Assembly (NCBI GenBank): GCA_963752475.1 | Contig: CAVVYR010000007.1 | Span: forward strand, 416,001 to 480,000 | DNA length: 64,000 nucleotides | Source of the DNA: an uncultured Chloroflexia bacterium | GTDB lineage: Bacteria; Chloroflexota; Limnocylindria; Limnocylindrales; CSP1-4 | Reading direction: 5' to 3' | Shown here: piece after piece, positions 1 to 12,500 of the stretch | How the letters are laid out: each line of letters opens with the position of its first letter | How positions within the stretch are numbered: position 1 is the first letter of the stretch | Position numbers and translations under genes: made by a program | The notes under the pieces: generated by a model | Told to the model about the DNA's origin: nothing | What the model saw: only the letters and a program-made list of their open reading frames with translations | The model's database searches: none

Positions 1-2
1 GG

Positions 3-494
3 GGTGTACGGGGTGAACTTGCCCGCCGAGATCGGCGCGGTGCGGCTGATGATGATGATGAGATAGCCGGTCACGCCGAGGGCCACGATGTTGATGACGA
101 CGCCACTGATGATCTGGTCGGCCTTGACCGTGATCGACAGCCAGGCGTGAACCGCCGACACGACCATGCCGGTGACGATGGCTGCCAGCACGCCGATGAC
201 GAGGGCCGGTGTCGCGCCGAAGAGGAAGTCGGCCGTGGGCTGGTCGGGGAAGGCCTGCACGACCAGGATGGCGACGAACCAGCCTGCGAAGGCCGATGAG
301 ATCATCATGCCTTCGATGCCGATGTTGACCACGCCGGAGCGCTCGTTCATGAAGCCGCAGTAGGAGCCCAAGGCGATCGGCGCCGCCAGCGCGAGGATGA
401 CCGCGCCGTTGAGCGTAAGCACCTGGATCATGTAGTCGGCCAACTGGAAGACGATGCCCAGGATGGGGATGTCGAACAGGGGCGTCAGATCCAC
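3..494 (-). CDS. ABC transporter permease (nucleoside/simple-sugar type), runs off the window edge
   Basis: Minus strand reads MDLTPLFDIPILGIVFQ...CGFMNERSGVVNIGIEGMM...; GTG at 494 preceded by GAGGAG; follows the first permease. Confidence 0.85.
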   Translation of the reverse strand, partial: MDLTPLFDIPILGIVFQLADYMIQVLTLNGAVILALAAPIALGSYCGFMNERSGVVNIGIEGMMISSAFAGWFVAILVVQAFPDQPTADFLFGATPALVIGVLAAIVTGMVVSAVHAWLSITVKADQIISGVVINIVALGVTGYLIIIISRTAPISAGKFTPYT

Positions 495-504
495 GGCTGA
501 CTCC

Positions 505-1686
505 TCACGAACCCGAGGCGGACGATCCGCCGTAGCTGCTGGTGACCGTCTTGAGCTCGTCCACCTCGACGCCCTGATCGCCGCGGATGCGGAAGACCCA
601 GCGCACGATGAGGTCGGCGGCCAGGAAGAAGAGGATGACGCCCTGGAGGATATCGACCATCTGGATGGGCACGCCGGCCTGGATCTGCATCAGCGGGGCA
701 CCGGCGCGGAGCGCGCCCAGCAGGATGCCGCCGAAGAGGATGCCGAACGGGTTGGCACGACCGAGGAGCGCGACGGTGATGGCGTCGAACCCGACGGTGG
801 TGGCGTACGTCGCGGGCAGGTTGCCCTGCACGCCCAGGATCTCGATGGCGCCGGCGAGCCCGGCCAGCAGACCGGCGGCGGCCATCGTGCCCGAGATCAG
901 CAGCTTCGGCCGCATGCCCGCGTAGCGGGCAGCGTCGGGGTTGGCACCGACCGTCCGGACTTCGAAGCCGATGGTGGTGCGGTAGAGGATCCACCAGGTG
1001 ATGGGCACCGCGATGAAGGCGATGAGCACACCCAGGTGCAGCTCACGGCTGCCGAAGGCCAGGAACGGCAGGGCTGCGTTGCCGACCTCCGCCGTCCGCG
1101 CGAATGTCGCCGTGGAGTCGCGCAAGGGCCCGGTCACGGCCCAGGAGACGATGGCCAGGGCCACGTAGTTGAGCATGATCGTGACCACGACCTCGTGGGC
1201 CCCGGTGTTGGCCTTCAGCCAGCCGGGGATGAAGCCGTAGGCCGCGCCGGCAACGACGCCGCCCAGCAGGGCCAGCGGGACGGCGACAAAGGGAGACGCC
1301 TCGGCCAGGAGGACCGCCACCGTGACGGCACCCAGAGCGCCCATCAGGAACTGACCCTGCGCGCCGATGTTGAAGAGTCCGGCCTTGAAGCCGATACCCA
1401 CCGCCAGGCCAGCCAGGATGTACGGCGTGGCGCGGACAAGCGTGTCGATGACGCCATTGAGGCCCAGGAACTCGATAGAGAAGGGGCTGAGCGAGATGGC
1501 GATGCCGGTGGCGCCCTGGATGAGCGCGAGGTAGGCATCGACCCACAGCCACGGGTCGAAGCTGCCAGTGATGATGGGGCTGGTCAGCACCATGATCACC
1601 GCACCCACCATGAAGGCGAGCAGCACTGCGCCCGCGGTGATGGCGAGCTGAGCACGCAGCGAGCGGCTGAGCAGCCTGTTGATCAT
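505..1686 (-). CDS. ABC transporter permease (nucleoside/simple-sugar type)
   Basis: Multi-TM protein with GLFNIGAQGQ and GANPDAARYAG motifs. Confidence 0.9.
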   Translation of the reverse strand: MINRLLSRSLRAQLAITAGAVLLAFMVGAVIMVLTSPIITGSFDPWLWVDAYLALIQGATGIAISLSPFSIEFLGLNGVIDTLVRATPYILAGLAVGIGFKAGLFNIGAQGQFLMGALGAVTVAVLLAEASPFVAVPLALLGGVVAGAAYGFIPGWLKANTGAHEVVVTIMLNYVALAIVSWAVTGPLRDSTATFARTAEVGNAALPFLAFGSRELHLGVLIAFIAVPITWWILYRTTIGFEVRTVGANPDAARYAGMRPKLLISGTMAAAGLLAGLAGAIEILGVQGNLPATYATTVGFDAITVALLGRANPFGILFGGILLGALRAGAPLMQIQAGVPIQMVDILQGVILFFLAADLIVRWVFRIRGDQGVEVDELKTVTSSYGGSSASGS

Positions 1687-3266
1687 GAGGCGGCCCCTTG
1701 GCTGGACGTGCCCTCCGCACGCCCACCGGTCGCCATGAGCAGGCCGACCTCCTCCTTGTTGGCCGTACGGCCGTCGACCACGGCCACGAGCTTGCCGCGG
1801 TACATGACCGCGATGCGGTCGGAGAGCTCGAGCACCTCGTCAAGCTCGGCGCTCACGAGCAGGACGGCTGTCCCCGCGTCACGTTTGTCGATGACCTGCC
1901 TGTGGATGAACTCGATGCTGCCCACGTCGAGGCCACGGGTAGGCTGATCCAGCACGAGCAGCTTGAGCTCGCGATCGAACTCGCGCGCGACGATCAGCTT
2001 CTGCTGGTTGCCACCCGAGAGCGTGCCGGCAGTGACGGTCGCAGCCGGCGTGCGCACGTCGTATTGCGCGATGGCCTCATCCGCTCGCTTCGCGATGGCA
2101 CCCTCGTCGCGGATCACGCCGCGTGAGTACGGCTCCATGTAGTAGTCGGTCAGGACCGCGTTGTCGGTGATCGGGAACGACAGCACCAGCCCGAAGCGGT
2201 GCCGATCGGCCGGGACATAGGCCACGTTCTTGCCGTGCAGGTCACGCGTGCCGTCGCTGGTCACGTCCTCACCATCGAGCATGATGGTGCCGGACCGTGG
2301 CTGGCGCAGGCCGGTGATGGCCTCGACGAGCTCGTCCTGTCCATTGCCCGCGACGCCGGCGATGCCGAGGATCTCGCCGGCGCGGACCTCCAGGCTCACG
2401 CCGTCCACGACATCACCGCCGTGACCTCCGGCCACGCGCAGGTCCTCGACCTGGAGCATGGGCTCCGCAGGGTGACTCTCACCGCGATCGACCGTCAGCT
2501 GGACCTCGCGACCCACCATCAACTCGGCCAGATCGTCCTCGTCGGTCTCGCTGGGAATGCGGCTGCCGACGACCTTGCCCCGTCGGATGACGGTGATGCG
2601 GTCGGCGATCTCAAGGACCTCGTACAGCTTGTGGCTGATGAAGATGATGCTGTGGCCCTCGGAGGCGAGCCGTCGCAGGACGGCGAAGATCTCGACGGTC
2701 TCCTGTGGGGTCAGCACGGCCGTGGGCTCGTCGAGCACCAGGATCCGGGCTTCGCGGTACAGCGCCTTGAGGATCTCGACGCGCTGCTGCCAGCCGACCG
2801 AGAGGTCGCCCACCTTCTGGTTCGGGTCGAGCTCGAAGCCGAAGCGTTGGCCCAGCTCGATGATGCGGCGGTTGGCCTCGCCCCTGTCGAGGAAGATGCG
2901 GTCGCGCATGGCTTCCTTGCCCAGGAGCACGTTGTCCGCGACGGTCAGGACGGGCACGAGCATGAAGTGCTGGTGGACCATGCTGATGCCTCGGTCGATG
3001 GCGTCGGTGGGATCGGCGATCTCGACGACCTCGCCGTCGAGCAGGATCTGCCCCTCGTCCGGCTTGGCCAGACCGTAGAGCACGTTCATGAGGGTCGACT
3101 TGCCCGCGCCGTTCTCACCCAGCAGGGCGTGGATCTCTCCAGGCTTGATCTCGAGGTCGATGCCGTCGTTGGCGACGACGCCGGGATAGCGCTTGGTGAT
3201 CCCGCGCATCTCGAGCGCAGGCGCCGTGACCTTCGCCGGTGGCAGGTCCGCTGATGGGGCCGTCAC
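1683..3266 (-). CDS. ABC transporter ATP-binding protein, two NBDs
   Basis: GENGAGKST, LSGGNQQK, LDQPTRGLD; likely GTG start at 3266 after GGAGG (ORF extends to 3338). Confidence 0.92.
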   Translation of the reverse strand: MTAPSADLPPAKVTAPALEMRGITKRYPGVVANDGIDLEIKPGEIHALLGENGAGKSTLMNVLYGLAKPDEGQILLDGEVVEIADPTDAIDRGISMVHQHFMLVPVLTVADNVLLGKEAMRDRIFLDRGEANRRIIELGQRFGFELDPNQKVGDLSVGWQQRVEILKALYREARILVLDEPTAVLTPQETVEIFAVLRRLASEGHSIIFISHKLYEVLEIADRITVIRRGKVVGSRIPSETDEDDLAELMVGREVQLTVDRGESHPAEPMLQVEDLRVAGGHGGDVVDGVSLEVRAGEILGIAGVAGNGQDELVEAITGLRQPRSGTIMLDGEDVTSDGTRDLHGKNVAYVPADRHRFGLVLSFPITDNAVLTDYYMEPYSRGVIRDEGAIAKRADEAIAQYDVRTPAATVTAGTLSGGNQQKLIVAREFDRELKLLVLDQPTRGLDVGSIEFIHRQVIDKRDAGTAVLLVSAELDEVLELSDRIAVMYRGKLVAVVDGRTANKEEVGLLMATGGRAEGTSSQGAAS

Positions 3267-3364
3267 GTCGTTCTGGCCTCCCTGGTCGGGTCCCTCATAT
3301 GAGTCGCTATCGTCGAACTGGGTGCTTGGTGGTGCCAACTGAGTGCTTGGTGGTGCCTAAGAGT

Positions 3365-3392
3365 AGCGGGCCGACCTACCGGCCGGCCCGCT
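3365..3392 (-). terminator. GC-rich hairpin downstream of the BMP gene
   Basis: AGCGGGCCG...CGGCCCGCT inverted repeat between binding-protein and ATPase genes. Confidence 0.5.
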
Positions 3393-3422
3393 GACTCGAC
3401 ATATCGAGGACTTACCTGTGGG

Positions 3423-4487
3423 CTACGGAAGCGTCTGGACGCACAGGCCCACGTCGTTCGTCTCGCAGGGCTGGATGGAGCCGTCCACGATACCGGCCTC
3501 GGCGGCCGCGATGGCTTCGCGGGTCTCGTCGCTGATGAGGTCCTCGAACTCGTGGAACGAGGACAGGCCCACGTCTCCGGTGTCAAGTCCGAGGACGTTG
3601 ATGCCCGGGCTGGGGTTGCCCTCGACGATCGAGACGATGGCGTCGTTCACGTTCTTGGAGAGCTTCTTCTCAGCGCTCACGATGGTGCACTCAGCGGTCT
3701 CGGGGGTGGAGATGTACTGGTCGACGTCCACGCCGATGGCCTTGATGCCGGCGTCGCAGGCGGCCTGCAGCACGCCGTTGCCGGTGAGGCCGGCGACCTG
3801 GAACACGACGTCGATATCGGGGTCCTGCGCCAGCAGCTGCTGCGTGAAGGTGGCGCCGCCGGCCGGATCGGCGAACGCGGCTGCATCCGCTGCCTCGGAG
3901 ACGTAGGCGACCGTGACGTCGATGTCGGGGTTGACCGAGAGCGCGCCGTTGGCGTAGCCCTCGATGTAGTTCACGACGGGCGGGATGACCGCGGTGCCAC
4001 CGACGGTGGCGATGTGGCCCGTCTCGCTGAGCGACGCCGCGACGACGCCGGCAAGATAACCCGGTTCCGCCTCGCGCCAGTAGATGCCGATGTAGTTCTC
4101 GCTCTCGGGCGGCGGTCCCTGGTCGACACCGACGAACCAGATGTCGGGGTTGGCCTCGGCGGCCTTGAGGGTGTCCTCGCCAGCGGCGAAGCCGACGGTC
4201 ACGATGATGTCGTAGTCCTGGTCGACGAACGCCTGGATGTTGGGCGCGATGTCAGCGGACGCTTGGCTGATGGCGTACTGCGGCTCGCCTGCGCCCACGG
4301 CCTCGGCGCCTGTCTGCGTGCCTTCCCACGAGTACTGGTTGAAGTTGCGGTCGTTGATCGTCCCGACGTCCGTGACGAGACCGATCTTCAGGTCGGAGCC
4401 GTCCTGGGCCGCGACGACGGCTGCGCCCGCGAGGGCTCCGGTGGCCGCCAGCGTGAGCGCCAGGGTTGCGGTAGTGAACCTGCGCAT
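3423..4487 (-). CDS. BMP family ABC substrate-binding protein
   Basis: Signal peptide MRRFTT..., DRNFNQ, AIGVDVDQ motifs; ATG at 4487 after GAGGAGG. Confidence 0.88.
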   Translation of the reverse strand: MRRFTTATLALTLAATGALAGAAVVAAQDGSDLKIGLVTDVGTINDRNFNQYSWEGTQTGAEAVGAGEPQYAISQASADIAPNIQAFVDQDYDIIVTVGFAAGEDTLKAAEANPDIWFVGVDQGPPPESENYIGIYWREAEPGYLAGVVAASLSETGHIATVGGTAVIPPVVNYIEGYANGALSVNPDIDVTVAYVSEAADAAAFADPAGGATFTQQLLAQDPDIDVVFQVAGLTGNGVLQAACDAGIKAIGVDVDQYISTPETAECTIVSAEKKLSKNVNDAIVSIVEGNPSPGINVLGLDTGDVGLSSFHEFEDLISDETREAIAAAEAGIVDGSIQPCETNDVGLCVQTLP

Positions 4488-4648
4488 GCATTCCTCCTCT
4501 GGTCCGAGACGCCTGCACAAGCACGCCCGGACGTGTCTATCCGTCCTACACCACACCGTGGGGACGGGCACTGCTGGCATCGTACCGCCTCTTGTCCGGG
4601 CATGGAAGGAGAACACGCGGGACGACAATCGCGGCTGGAAGCGGAGGC

Positions 4649-6241
4649 CTACCCGCGGGTCACGCGGACCTGGTCGATGCCAGCCTCGACCATGGCGTTG
4701 GTGCCGGCATCCACAGCCTCGATCTCGATGGCCAGGCGCTGTCCTGTGAACGCGCGTGGGATGGCCTTGTCGAGTGAGCGCCAGACCGGGCGGTGCTTGC
4801 GACCGTTGCCACTGACCTTGTGCAGCACCTTGACCCGTTTGCCCTTGGTATCCACCAGTCGGACGGCCAGGCCGTCGTTTGCTCGCGCTTTGGCACTCAG
4901 GCCCACCCAGTAGCGCAGCTTGACCCGGCCCTTGCCGTTGGCCGGGACGGTGAAGTACGGCGAGCGGATGGTGGTGCTGCCGCCGTCCACGTCGTGCCCC
5001 GGCTGGCGCCCGGTGACGAGCACCGCTTGACCCGATGCCGCCGAGCCCAGCTGGAACGCGTCCTTTAGCGGGTCGCCCCGCTGCCAGCGGCCGTCGCCGG
5101 CGGTATCGGTGCCCCGCGCGTTGACCATCCAGCCCCGGGCCAGCTCGAAGTCATCGTAGAGCGGACCACAGTAGGTCTTGACGGCCTTGGCCCCCAGCGC
5201 CGCGTACGGGCAGACCGCGCGGGCCATGAGATAGAGGACCGCTTCGCGGTTGCGGCTGGTCTCGCGGGCGATGACCTCGTCGGGCGGATACCAATGGGCG
5301 GGTGTGCCGCCGCCCCTCGGGTACAGCTCGAAGGTGAACGAGAAGATGCGATGGCGCGCGTACATCCAGTCGATCATGTCGCCATCGCTTGGATAGAGCG
5401 CACTGGACTGCTTCGCCCGATAGCCGTTGGTGCGGGCCATCGTCCTGCCCATCGTTCGAAACGTGGCGAGGTCGACCGCGGTCATGTCGGGCGGGAGGTC
5501 CTTGTGCGTGTAGGCATACGGCCAGAGCACGAGCTTGCCGGCGGTATGGAACGTGATGTGCGTGCGGATGCGCTGTTTGCCGTTCAGCACGCGGCTGTTG
5601 ACGAAGTCGCGCACGGCTCGGACCTCCGGCGCCGACCAGGCCCTGGGGCCGCGGTAGTCGAATGCGTTCGGCCGGCCGGATGAGCCGCCGCAGCACCCGA
5701 ACCTGTAGCCGTAGTTGCGGTTGAGGTCCGTTCCCACGTTGCTCGTGCCCGGCGTGGGTTGGCGGTTCTTCCGCCACGAGCGGTAGGGCGCGCCGGTGAG
5801 GTCGTGCTGCAGGCCGTCGGGATTGACCATGAAGACGATCCAGGTGCGGCGCTTGTCGACGAGGCTCGTGATGCGCTTGCCCAGCGGGGACTTCTTGCCG
5901 TAGTTGCTCGTCAGCAGGTCGAGGATGTAGATGGGCATCTCGGCACTCAGGTGCTCACGAGCGTGATGGAGCCCATCGAAGAGCACCTCTGGCTCGCCTT
6001 CGTCGGTGCCCACGTTGTCGCTGATCTCCGCGGCCCACAGCTTGCGGCCCTGGTAGCTCTGCCCGATGGAGAAGACGCGCACGATGCCCGGGTGCCTGGC
6101 GGCGACCCGCTGGATGTGGCTGACCATCTCCGGGTACGAGTGGTAGCCCGAATCCTTGGCTGGATACGAGGCGCCGAGGACGGGCAGCGCAGCGCTGAGG
6201 AGCACGGCCAGGGCGATGGCGATGGTCAGGGCGGAACGCAT
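4649..6241 (-). CDS. Secreted M14 zinc carboxypeptidase (carboxypeptidase T-like) with C-terminal beta domain
   Basis: HHAREH, NPDG, WRKNR, DLNRNY, TFHT, FELYP motifs; signal peptide from MRSALT. Confidence 0.9.
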   Translation of the reverse strand: MRSALTIAIALAVLLSAALPVLGASYPAKDSGYHSYPEMVSHIQRVAARHPGIVRVFSIGQSYQGRKLWAAEISDNVGTDEGEPEVLFDGLHHAREHLSAEMPIYILDLLTSNYGKKSPLGKRITSLVDKRRTWIVFMVNPDGLQHDLTGAPYRSWRKNRQPTPGTSNVGTDLNRNYGYRFGCCGGSSGRPNAFDYRGPRAWSAPEVRAVRDFVNSRVLNGKQRIRTHITFHTAGKLVLWPYAYTHKDLPPDMTAVDLATFRTMGRTMARTNGYRAKQSSALYPSDGDMIDWMYARHRIFSFTFELYPRGGGTPAHWYPPDEVIARETSRNREAVLYLMARAVCPYAALGAKAVKTYCGPLYDDFELARGWMVNARGTDTAGDGRWQRGDPLKDAFQLGSAASGQAVLVTGRQPGHDVDGGSTTIRSPYFTVPANGKGRVKLRYWVGLSAKARANDGLAVRLVDTKGKRVKVLHKVSGNGRKHRPVWRSLDKAIPRAFTGQRLAIEIEAVDAGTNAMVEAGIDQVRVTRG

Positions 6242-6582
6242 CGATGCAGATGGTAGAGGGTCGCTCAGGTATGGGTGGTGGTACTGGTCCGCGACCCGCC
6301 GTCGGTCCTGTGTGCGGTCCGTGGTAGTGGTGTGCGGTTCGGGCCGCTGGCGTGGACTCGGCGATCCAACGAGTGGTGACACCCGACACCGCACATGGCC
6401 GATTGGTACTAGTACCGCTTGCCAAAGGTCATGTCGATGGGTGACTATCGGCGACCTGCGGCATAGGCCGTGGATGGCCGGATTCATCCCGGCGTACTTA
6501 TTCACTCCGAGCGGAGTAGGTATCTATCGGCGAACGGGACCCAGAGGCGAAATCGTGGGTCCGAACCGAAGGAGAGGCATCG

Positions 6583-9500
6583 ATGTACTCGACCAAGCGT
6601 CGTGGCAAGGGCACCGCGTTCCTTGCCGTCCTGCAGTCACTACTACTACTGACCGCGCTGGTGCTGGTGCCAGCATCAGCCATCGCCCAGGACGGCCACC
6701 ACTCCCAGGTCGACCTGGCCGAGGACATCGTCAAGGCCAACGCCGATCACCCCAAGGGCAGCCTCGGGGACCGCGGATTCAAGCTCCGCCTCTTCCCCCA
6801 GCAGCCCAAGGTCGCGGTCGGCGGCAAGGTCGTCGTGTCCGCCTGGGTCTGCCCCGGCTGGGACAAGACCCCCTTCGGCGGCCCCAAGGGTGACGGCAAG
6901 CCCGGTGGCGATGACACCTGCAAGCCGATCAAGGCCGAGTGGTCCGTCGAGGGCCCTGCCACGCTCGCCAACCACAAGGCCCTCAAGACCCGCCTCGTGC
7001 TCAATGCCGACGGTGCCGTCCGCCTCACGGCCGAAGTCGATGACCTCAAGCAGTCCACGAAGATCACCGTCAAGGGGACGGCCGCCAAGAACCGCGGCTC
7101 CGATGCCGCCGCGATCGTGAAGAAGGCCGCCCAGAAGGAGGCCAAGGCCGCCAAGGTCAAGGCCCAGAAGGCCGCCGCCAGGCAGGCCGCCGCCGAGCAG
7201 GCCGCGCCGCCGAGCAGGCCGCTGCCGAGCAGGCCGCTGCTGCCCAGGCCGCTGCTGCTGCTGCCAAGCCGGCCGCCCCCGCCGCCGAGCCCGCGCAGGT
7301 CGCCTCTCCTGCCGCCGAGCCCGCCGTCGAAGCGCCCATCATCGAAGAGCCCGCCGCCGAGGAGCCCGCCCAGGCCCCGGTGGAGGAATCCGTCCCGGCC
7401 GAGGAGCCCGCTGAAGAGCCGGCCGCCGAGGAGCCCGAGCCGCCGAGGAGCCTGCGGCCGAGGAGCCCAATGCCGACGAGCCCGAGGCCGAGGAGCCCGC
7501 TGCCGAGGAGCCCATGCCGAAGAGCCCGGCCGCCGAGGAGCCCGCGGCCGAGGAGCCCGCTGAGGCCCCGGCCGCCGAGGAGCCCGCTGCCGAGGAGCCC
7601 GCTGAAGAGCCCGAGCCGACGAGCAGCCCGCTGCCGAGGAGCCTGCTGAAGAGCCCGCCGCCGAGGAGGAGCAGCCCGCTGCCGAGGAGCCAGCGAGCCC
7701 GCCGCCGAGGAGGAGAGCCCGCCGCCGAGGAGGAGAGCCCGCCGCCGAGGAGGAGCAGCCCGCCGCCGAGGAGGAGAGCCCGCCGCCGAGGAGGAGCAGC
7801 CCGCCGCCGAGGAGGAGAGCCCGCCGCCGAGGAGGAGCAGCCCGCCGCCGAGGAGGAGAGCCCGCCGCCGAGGAGGAGCAGCCCGCCGCCGAAGAGCCTG
7901 CCGCCGAGGAGCCTGCTGCCGAGGAGCCCATCGAGGCCCCGGCTGAAGAGCCCGCTGCCGAGGCCCCGGCCGCTGAAGAGCCCGCCGCCAAGGAGCCCAA
8001 GGCTCAGGCTGCAGCTCAGGCCGTCACCGTCCAGGCTGATCCCCTGCAGATCGGAACGGCTGGCCTCACCAGCCTCGCCATCGACGCCAAGCTCGCGAAC
8101 CACACGAGCGCAGAGAACAACGGCGGAAGCAACGCCGAGAACTGCATCCGCTATACCCCGATCCCGAACGCGGCCCCCAACCAGACCGAGACGACCTGGG
8201 TCGATGCCAACAGCAACCCCGACACCGCCTGGACCGCCCACGGTCGGTACACGGTCCCGAACCAGCAGGGATCGGTCTGCCCACCGGACCCGTCCATCAA
8301 TCTGGACGAGCAAAGCTCCATCGGTTTCACGCCCGCTGCCTATGCGCCCAACGATGTCCCCACGGGTAGCCCCTTCCTGCTCGGTAGGTTCACGCATGAC
8401 AACAACGTCATCACCGGTGTTGACAGCCTTTACACGGGTGACCTGAAGATTCGCCTCACCGCCGACAACACGAGCACCCTCACCTACAACTGGGGCTTCA
8501 ACGAGACAAACAACTACCCCAACAGTGGCGTCTGCGAGTTCGGCAACGAGCCGTGCGCGGACAAGACCTGGTTCAACAACACCATCGACGACACGACCAT
8601 CACTAGTGGTGGTATCCCGTACCAGTTGGTGATCATCGGCTTCAGGAGCGACGTTGATGGCAGCTGCCCCGGGACGCCGTCCGGCACTCCCACCGACAAC
8701 TGGTGGACCGCCGAGGACACGACCAGCTACGGCTGCCTGTACGCCGAGCTGACAGAGAAGCGCGCCCTCAAGATCGTCAAGGAGGTCCTCGGCGCTCCGG
8801 CGCCCAACAAGGGCTTCCCCTTCACCTCCAGCAGTTCCTTCGGCACCGACAGCCCGTGGGACAGCAGCAACGGTGGCAAGACGCTCAAGGACGACGGAGT
8901 CAACGACTCCTGGGGTCCGAAGACGTTCCTCTCGACCGAAGAGGACGTGACGATCACCGAGAGCATCCCGAATGGCTGGATCCTCAAGGACGTCGTCTGC
9001 TCGGACAAGTACACGACCTACACCCAGGGCACCCACTACACCCTGAATAAGGGTACGGGCAAGCTCGTCCTGAACAACATCCCCGAGTCCAACAAGGCAG
9101 ACGCGCTGATGGTGACGTGTACCTTCAAGAACGAGCGCGATAGTGGCACCATCATCGTCAAGAAGAAGGCCGTCCCGGACGACGGTACGCCCTTCACGTT
9201 CGATCCGTCATGGAACAGCGAGCCGAACTTCAACCTGTTCCACAACGACAGCAAGACCTTCACCGACCTGCCCGCTGGCGTGGAGTACTCGGTCTCCGAG
9301 ATCAACATCCCCACCCACTGGGTCCTGACCAAGGTGGAGTGCAAGCAGGGCGAGCAGGTCCTGGCCGACGAGAACGGCGAGGCCTTCGAGCTGAAGCCCG
9401 GCGAGACCGTCACCTGCACCTTCACCAACAAGAAGGCCAGCATCGACATCGAGAAGGCCACCAACGGCGCCGACGCCGACAGCCCCACCGGACCCTTCAT

Positions 9501-12500
9501 CGCGGTGGGCAACCCGGTCAACTGGACCTATGAGGTCGAGAACACCGGCAACGTCGCGCTCACCAACGTGTCCGTCACCGACGACCAGGGTGTGACGGTG
9601 ACCTGCCCGCAGGACACGCTCGCCGCCGGCGAGTCGATGACCTGCACCGCCAACGGCACGGCCACGGCCGGCCAGTACGACAACCTCGGCACCGCCACCG
9701 GCACCCCGCCGGCCGGCCCGCCCGTCGACGATGAGTACCGAGCCACTACTTCGGCGCGGACGCCAGCATCGACATCGAGAAGGCCACCAACGGCGCCGAC
9801 GCCGACAGCCCCACCGGACCCTTCATCGCGGTGGGTGACCCGGTCAACTGGACCTATGAGGTCGAGAACACCGGCAACGTCGCGCTCACCAACGTGTCCG
9901 TCACCGACGACCAGGGTGTGACGGTGACCTGCCCGCAGGACACGCTCGCCGCCGGCGAGTCGATGACCTGCACCGCCAACGGCACGGCCACGGCCGGCCA
10001 GTACGACAACCTCGGCACCGCCACCGGCACCCCGCCGGCCGGCCCGCCCGTCGACGATGAGGATCCGAGCCACTACTTCGGCGCGGACGCCAGCATCGAC
10101 ATCGAGAAGGCCACCAACGGCGCCGACGCCGACAGCCCCACCGGACCCTTCATCGCGGTGGGTGACCCGGTCAACTGGACCTATGAGGTCGAGAACACCG
10201 GCAACGTCGCGCTCACCAACGTGTCCGTCACCGACGACCAGGGTGTGACGGTGACCTGCCCGCAGGACACGCTCGCCGCCGGCGAGTCGATGACCTGCAC
10301 CGCCAACGGCACGGCCACGGCCGGCCAGTACGACAACCTCGGCACCGCCACCGGCACCCCGCCGGCCGGCCCGCCCGTCGACGATGAGGATCCGAGCCAC
10401 TACTTCGGCGCGGACGCCAGCATCGACATCGAGAAGGCCACCAACGGCGCCGACGCCGACAGCCCCACCGGACCCTTCATCGCGGTGGGTGACCCGGTCA
10501 ACTGGGAATACGAGGTCACCAACGACGGCAACGTCGACCTCACCGACGTGGAGGTCACCGACAGCGACGTGGCCGCCAGCGCCATCGACTGCGGTGCTCC
10601 CGACAACGACAACGTCATCGAGAGCCTGGCGGTGGGCCAGACCGTGACCTGTGAGGCCACGGGCACGGCCACGGCCGGCCAGTACGACAACCTCGGCACC
10701 GCCACCGGCACCCCGCCGGCCGGCCCGCCCGTCGACGATGAGGATCCGAGCCACTACTTCGGCGCGGACGCCAGCATCGACATCGAGAAGGCCACCAACG
10801 GCGCCGACGCCGACAGCCCCACCGGACCCTTCATCGCGGTGGGTGCCACGGTCACCTGGGAATACGAGGTCACCAACGACGGCAACGTCGACCTCACCGA
10901 CGTGGAGGTCACCGACAGCGACGTGGCCGCCAGCGCCATCGACTGCGGTGCTCCCGACAACGACAACGTCATCGAGAGCCTGGCGGTGGGCCAGACCGTG
11001 ACCTGTGAGGCCACGGGCACGGCCACGGCCGGCCAGTACGACAACCTCGGCACCGCCACCGGCACCCCGCCGGCCGGCCCGCCCGTCGACGATGAGGATC
11101 CGAGCCACTACTTCGGCGCGGACGCCAGCATCGACATCGAGAAGGCCACCAACGGCGCCGACGCCGACAGCCCCACCGGACCCTTCATCGCGGTGGGCAA
11201 CCCGGTCAACTGGACCTATGAGGTCGAGAACACCGGCAACGTCGCGCTCACCAACGTGTCCGTCACCGACGACCAGGGTGTGACGGTGACCTGCCCGCAG
11301 GACACGCTCGCCGCCGGCGAGTCGATGACCTGCACCGCCAACGGCACGGCCACGGCCGGCCAGTACGACAACCTCGGCACCGCCACCGGCACCCCGCCGG
11401 CCGGCCCGCCCGTCGACGATGAGGATCCGAGCCACTACTTCGGCGCGGACGCCAGCATCGACATCGAGAAGGCCACCAACGGCGCCGACGCCGACAGCCC
11501 CACCGGACCCTTCATCGCGGTGGGTGACCCGGTCAACTGGACCTATGAGGTCGAGAACACCGGCAACGTCGCGCTCACCAACGTGTCCGTCACCGACGAC
11601 CAGGGTGTGACGGTGACCTGCCCGCAGGACACGCTCGCCGCCGGCGAGTCGATGACCTGCACCGCCAACGGCACGGCCACGGCCGGCCAGTACGACAACC
11701 TCGGCACCGCCACCGGCACCCCGCCGGCCGGCCCGCCCGTCGACGATGAGGATCCGAGCCACTACTTCGGCGCGGACGCCAGCATCGACATCGAGAAGGC
11801 CACCAACGGCGCCGACGCCGACAGCCCCACCGGACCCTTCATCGCGGTGGGTGACCCGGTCAACTGGGAATACGAGGTCACCAACGACGGCAACGTCGAC
11901 CTCACCGACGTGGAGGTCACCGACAGCGACGTGGCCGCCAGCGCCATCGACTGCGGTGCTCCCGACAACGACAACGTCATCGAGAGCCTGGCGGTGGGCC
12001 AGACCGTGACCTGTGAGGCCACGGGCACGGCCACGGCCGGCCAGTACGACAACCTCGGCACCGCCACCGGCACCCCGCCGGCCGGCCCGCCCGTCGACGA
12101 TGAGGATCCGAGCCACTACTTCGGCGCGGACGCCAGCATCGACATCGAGAAGGCCACCAACGGCGCCGACGCCGACAGCCCCACCGGACCCTTCATCGCG
12201 GTGGGCAACCCGGTCAACTGGACCTATGAGGTCGAGAACACCGGCAACGTCGCGCTCACCAACGTGTCCGTCACCGACGACCAGGGTGTGACGGTGACCT
12301 GCCCGCAGGACACGCTCGCCGCCGGCGAGTCGATGACCTGCACCGCCAACGGCACGGCCACGGCCGGCCAGTACGACAACCTCGGCACCGCCACCGGCAC
12401 CCCGCCGGCCGGCCCGCCCGTCGACGATGAGGATCCGAGCCACTACTTCGGCGCGGACGCCAGCATCGACATCGAGAAGGCCACCAACGGCGCCGACGCC

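Noticed and set aside
4490-4600. Purine riboswitch upstream of the BMP gene
   Set aside because: The leader can form hairpins but lacks a recognisable aptamer consensus
6480-6580. c-di-GMP riboswitch in the adhesin leader
   Set aside because: Hairpins are present but I cannot match the GEMM-I/II consensus by eye
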